A stretch of DNA of 64,000 nucleotides from Gekko japonicus (lineage: Eukaryota), in assembly GCF_001447785.1 (NCBI RefSeq), contig NW_015168098.1:126789-190788 (forward strand), written 5' to 3'. Shown piece after piece: positions 59,271-64,000 of the stretch; the first letter of the stretch is position 1, and each line of letters begins with the position of its first letter. The notes beneath the pieces are model-generated. The model did not search any database, was not told the DNA's origin, and worked only from the letters and a program-made list of their open reading frames with translations. The translations under genes were made by a program, and so were the position numbers.

Positions 59271-59834
59271 ATTCTGGGGGATCTTCAGGTCCCACCTGGA
59301 GGCTGGCGACCTTACTTGGAAACCAAGCACCCATCAGTAGTTAAGATCACCAGCCTTCCAAGTTCATTTGATGTGTTGATTGTCATGGGGTGTAGCCCCA
59401 AGCAAAATGCAAAATGAACATAGATTCTTCCCCACAAGAGAAACCTCCGAGAAATTATGAGTCAGTCCTAAATAATGGCAAGGCTAGTGAAAATGGGCTC
59501 AGAGCCTCGGGGGTGGGGGAGAGATTTTAAATGAAGCAGGGGCCCAGTCTTGATTCGGGGGGGGGCATTTACTGCCCCATTCAGAGCTGGAGCAGCCAAG
59601 GGAAAGATGAGAAGAAGCAAATCAATTTAGCCATTTCCCTGTTGCACTGTGGCTTGATCAAAGCACGGTGACTTTTAGCAGGTCTTTGTGGGCCTTGGAG
59701 CTGAGAAGGACTAGCTTGAAGAAATACCTGGGGGGGTGGATGGTTTGCATGCTGGTGTGGTGCAGTTGAGAGGGCTGAGTAACTGATCAAGATAGGGTGA
59801 AAGGCTTGTAGGGTGGCCATTCCCTAGTTGGCGG

Positions 59835-60041
59835 CAGTGTTCCCTCTAAGCTCAGTTAGTGTGAGCTGGCTCACAGTTTCTTAGCCTCTGGCTCACACCT
59901 TTTTGTCTTTGCTCAAGAAGGATGGCTCCAGAGTAGACTAATTTATGCAGTAGCCAAATCGCTGGCTCACAGCTTTAAATGCCAGTAGCTCACAAAGTAG
60001 AATGTTTGCTCACAAGACTCCACAGCTTAGAAGGAACATTG
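59835..60041 (+). mobile_element. hAT MITE (same family as 3403/3607)
   Basis: CAGTGTTCCCTCTAAGCT ... AGCTTAGAAGGAACATTG; TTGGCGG on both sides. Confidence 0.85.
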
Positions 60042-60658
60042 GAACTTGGCGGCAGGGAACCCCCTGGTTTTGCCAGCCAGCCAGCCAGCCAGCTAAGTTT
60101 AAATGAAGCAGGGGCCCAGTCTTGGTTCTATGGGGGCAATTTGCTGCTGGATTAATAATTACTTTCGCATGGCACTGTGTGCAGTATACCCAGGAGAACC
60201 TAAGCTTTTCTGGCAGCCTGAAGTTCTAGCTCTTTTAGTGTTATGCACCACTAGGTGGTGAGTTAGACTTATTTTGGGAGCTGAACGAGCTCTAAAAGAA
60301 CTGTGACTGACCCAAGGGGTCACCCAGATTGCTTCATGTGGAGGAGTGCAGAATTGAATGTGGTTCTCCAGATTAGAGTCCATCATTCTTAACCACTACA
60401 CCATGCTGGCACTAGGAGCTGGTGGTGGGCAGGGGGAGGGGGCTAGGCACTGTCTGCCATGCTCTTCCCAAAATCTAGGACTGGCCGTATTGCTCATTGT
60501 TCTTCCACATCACATAGAACCATGCCTCATGGCGATACAATTATCATTGGCCATACTGATTTAAATGTGCATAACAAAACAATGCTTTATTTAAAACACC
60601 TATAAAACCAAAGCTCTAATGATTCATTTCTCTTCCTTTCAGGCTGGTCCCAAGAACA

Positions 60659-61570
60659 ATGAACAGTTCCCGAGTGAGAGAATTTATACTTTTGGGTTTT
60701 ACTGACAACCATGAGCTTGAAATCTTCCTCTTTTCCCTCTTCTTTGGCACATATCTTTTGACCGTCATGGGGAACACAGTGATCATCACAATCACACTAA
60801 GGGATCGCCGTCTCCACACCCCAATGTATTTCTTCCTCCGGCATTTTGCGGTCTTAGAGATTGGATTCACCAGTTCCATCACTCCCAAGGCATTGGCCAA
60901 CATGGTCACGGGCCACAGGACCATCTCTTTATCCGGTTGCTTCCTGCAGTTCTTTGTCTATTTTGTCTTGGGAGCCACAGAGTTTTTTCTGCTGGCAGTG
61001 ATGTCCTTCGACAGGTACGTGGCCATCTGCAACCCTCTTCGTTACACCACCATCATGAATGGTCGAATCTGCTCGTTGCTGGTGTCCTGCTCTTGGGTGG
61101 CAGGATTTCTGCTCATTCTGGGCCCAGCCATTACATTATTTTACATGCCATTCTGTGGCCCAAACATCGTGAACCACTTCTTCTGTGACAAAGGACCCTT
61201 GATGAAACTTGTATGCATCGACACAACTCTGCTCGATCTCGCATATTTCATCACTGCCGTATTCATCCTTACGGGGACATTGACGGTCAACGTTCTATCT
61301 TACGTCAATATTGTTTCCAGTATCCTGCGCATACCATCGGGTACAGGGAGACAGAAAGCCTTCTCCACTTGTGCTTCACACATTGTTGTGGTCTCCCTCA
61401 CTTACGGCAGCTGCATTTTCATGTACGTCAAACCCAAAGGCGCCAGTGAGTTCAGCTTTAGCAAGTCAGTGGCTGTTCTTAACACTATTGTGTCCCCTCT
61501 TTTGAATCCATTCATATACTGCCTGAGGAACAAACAAGTTCAGGATGCCCTGAAAGCTGCATTCAGATAA
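60659..61570 (+). CDS. Olfactory receptor, family-6-like, intact (303 aa); close paralog of 52267-53211
   Basis: MNSS, LHTPMYFFL, MSFDRYVAICNPLRY, KAFSTCASH, PLLNPFIYCLRN; acceptor cctttcag upstream. Confidence 0.97.
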   Translation: MNSSRVREFILLGFTDNHELEIFLFSLFFGTYLLTVMGNTVIITITLRDRRLHTPMYFFLRHFAVLEIGFTSSITPKALANMVTGHRTISLSGCFLQFFVYFVLGATEFFLLAVMSFDRYVAICNPLRYTTIMNGRICSLLVSCSWVAGFLLILGPAITLFYMPFCGPNIVNHFFCDKGPLMKLVCIDTTLLDLAYFITAVFILTGTLTVNVLSYVNIVSSILRIPSGTGRQKAFSTCASHIVVVSLTYGSCIFMYVKPKGASEFSFSKSVAVLNTIVSPLLNPFIYCLRNKQVQDALKAAFR

Positions 61571-61654
61571 AGCACTGGGTTTTAAGAAAGCTCAAAGGGT
61601 TGGATCCGGGCATGTTTTTTGCTCTGTTCCTCCCCCAGTTCTTCTCTTTATACC

Positions 61655-62064
61655 CAGGGGTCATTTCATAGAAAAAGTGGTGCAGGAGCTCATTAGCATA
61701 ACTTATTTGCATATGCCACACACCCTGACATCACCGGAAGTGTGTCAGAAGGCAACACCCACCGCTCAGGCTCCACTGGACTGTTTTGGATTGCTAGCTA
61801 TTGGGGGGTGGAAGGAAACGTGCAGATCTGTCCTCACAGAGGAGGGAGAGCTTGTACCTGAATAAAACTTGGTCTTAAAGGTGCCACTGGACTGTTTTGG
61901 ACTCGGGGGGCCGGGGAGGGGGGCTCTGCAATTTACCTGGCTGCTTCTTGCTCAGACTGACGGCTGCTGGGAGCAGAGGGTGGGGCTTGTTGCATGTTCC
62001 CGCCCCCTGGGCTCTTTACTGCCGGAGCTCTGCTCCTGTGCGCTCCTGCAGGAAATGACCCCTG
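61655..62064 (+). mobile_element. hAT MITE (CAGGGGTCATTTC family) in the OR 3' region
   Basis: TIR plus TSD TTTATACC/CTTATACC. Confidence 0.92.
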
Positions 62065-62439
62065 CTTATACCAGCCCCCAACTCATGGGCCTTTTTTTTT
62101 AGTAGAATCTCCAGGTGATGTTGGTTTATGATACGACTACAGCCAGATCTTTGTCCTTCTTGCTGGTACCCTTTGCGGTGTTCTGCTAAATAGTGGCCGA
62201 TTGTTTCCCTCATAGTTCTGCCCAAAGCAAAATTATTGCTGATGGATCTTCTGATGGTATAGCTGACGGATCGTTGTCCACTTTAAACAAAGGAGCAACA
62301 TTCTACTCTGTGTGATATCACAGCACCATCATAAACTAAGGAAAATCACCAATCCATAGTAAAGGAACTTTAAAGGGAGAATCTGGTGTGTGGAAAACCC
62401 CCCCCCCCCATACTCAAAAATGGAATCCTTAGCCATTAT

Positions 62440-63085
62440 GTGTTATGTCCCATTAAGCTGCTTCTGACTTATGGAACCCTACAAATTAATGACCTCCAAA
62501 ACATCCTATTGTTAATTGCCTTGCTTGTAGGCTTGCCAAGTTCCCCTGGGGGGCGGGGAAACCCCCGCCCCAGAGGCCCGTTCCCTGCCGGCGGCAGATC
62601 GGGCCCCGGGGGGAACCCCACCCCCCAAGCACTGGACATGCCCGGTGTCAGCACGCCACCCGTGACGCAGCCACGCCAGGCACGCCGGGGGCGGGGCCGC
62701 AGTCATCCGAGGGAAAACTGTATGTTTTTCCCTCGGATGACCTCAGCCCCGCCCCCGGTGCGGCCGACATGGCCACGTCACTTCCGTGTGACATGCTTGC
62801 TGTGTGCACACACACTCACGGAACAACATGGGAGTCCCCCGCCGACGGTACAGATAAGACTTGGGAACCCTACTTGCTTGGGTCTTCCAAACTGTGGGCC
62901 GTGTCTTCCTTGACTGAGTTAATCCACCTCATGCTGGGTCTTCTCTTTTCCTATTGACTTCAACTTCTCCTAGCATTTTTATCCTTTTCAATTAGTCTTG
63001 TCTTCTCATGATGTGGCCAAAGTATGAAAGCTTCAGTTTGGACATTTTAGTTTGTAGGGGTAACTGAGGCTTGATTTGATCTAGT
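62440..63085 (-). mobile_element. RTE-clade LINE 3' fragment interrupted by a MITE
   Basis: Minus strand reads KSIGKEKTQHEVD.L, a frameshifted RTE C-terminus, plus a YFGHIMR-like stretch. Confidence 0.65.
62528..62872. mobile_element. hAT (Tip100-like) MITE, sister of 41264-41586
   Basis: TIR TAGGCTTGCCAAG / CTTGGGAACCCTA; perfect TSD CTTGCTTG. Confidence 0.92.
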
Positions 63086-64000
63086 CATTATTAGCCATTA
63101 TGTATCAGCTGTACTAGTAAAACAGGAGACTGTGCCAATTATCATGTTACTAGCTAAGCAAAACCAGCAAAATGGCCCATTATAGTCCTTCTGGTTGGCT
63201 TCTAGATGTATCTGGTTTGGATTTCCATTTTACATATTTTCATTTCATCCTGTATTTACTCATTTCATGACACCATCTGTGATTTCCTCCTTATTGGGGA
63301 GGACTGGTTTCCCTTTAAAAGTTCTCTTTATTTTGTTTAACAGGGTAGAATCGGCTGCCACCAGGAAATTTTAAGGATTTCCAAACCTTTATGCTTTTAC
63401 TTTTGCTCTTACTGGTTAGGTAGACCGAGTTCAAGGCTTACGAGGAACTATGTGGTTCTGGGAAGTATTTCTTTCAGAGCTGGTATACTTGAATGAAAGA
63501 GGATTTATTGAAATAAAGCATAAATAAGAGGGTAGTACAATGTAACTAGTAATGTGTAAATACTGAACAAATGCTTTGGTATCCCACACAATCTTCTCTC
63601 TCACTGACAGAGATCTTTGCATGTAACTTTGTAACACTTGTTGATCTCAATTCCCTATACGTTTACTGTTTCACTCCAGTCTGTTATGACACACAGAATT
63701 TCCTATAACTTTTCTTCACTTAAACTTTACTTTACTTTACTTTTCCTAGACATTCAGCTTTTAGATCTCTTTCCTTTTTCTCTGAACAACATCAACAGAC
63801 AGCTTAACTGCTTCCACACCAAACTAACTGAACATCAACTGTCAAGATCTAACTTAAACTACTGACTGACTCACATACTCATCCAACCGGATTCACTTCC
63901 AAAGCCCCTCCCCCTCTCTGTCAACCATCAATCATACCACACTTGCCTCTTTCAACCACTCTAGTCTATCTACCACAGCCATTCAACCAAACTTTTAAAG

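Overview
Eukaryotic DNA from a squamate reptile, probably a lizard or gecko. This is inferred from the Sauria/Squam-type SINEs, Bov-B, CR1 and a lizard-type V2R exon. The window is the edge of a chemoreceptor locus. It holds exon 1 of a vomeronasal type-2 receptor on the minus strand (~4.2-4.4 kb) and six same-strand, single-coding-exon class II, family-6-like olfactory receptor (OR) genes at ~11.5, 26.9, 37.5, 45.1, 52.3 and 60.7 kb. Each OR is preceded by a splice acceptor, which implies an upstream 5' exon. The rest is densely nested transposon debris: a Penelope/Neptune element with RT and GIY-YIG, CR1, L1, L2, Bov-B/RTE, tRNA- and 5S-derived SINEs, hAT and Harbinger-type MITEs with visible TSDs, a solo LTR and a non-autonomous Helitron. 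There are two assembly gaps. The most notable observations are: (1) a dispersed family of short Penelope-type repeats carrying minimal type-I hammerhead ribozymes, with one apparently intact copy at 57188-57229; (2) an otherwise intact OR whose start is ACG in strong Kozak context; (3) an OR with a scrambled TM7/NPxxY motif; (4) paralogous O/E-site promoter modules with a downstream splice donor. All calls were made by eye and no database searches were run. Repeat family names are best guesses, and boundaries without TSDs are approximate.
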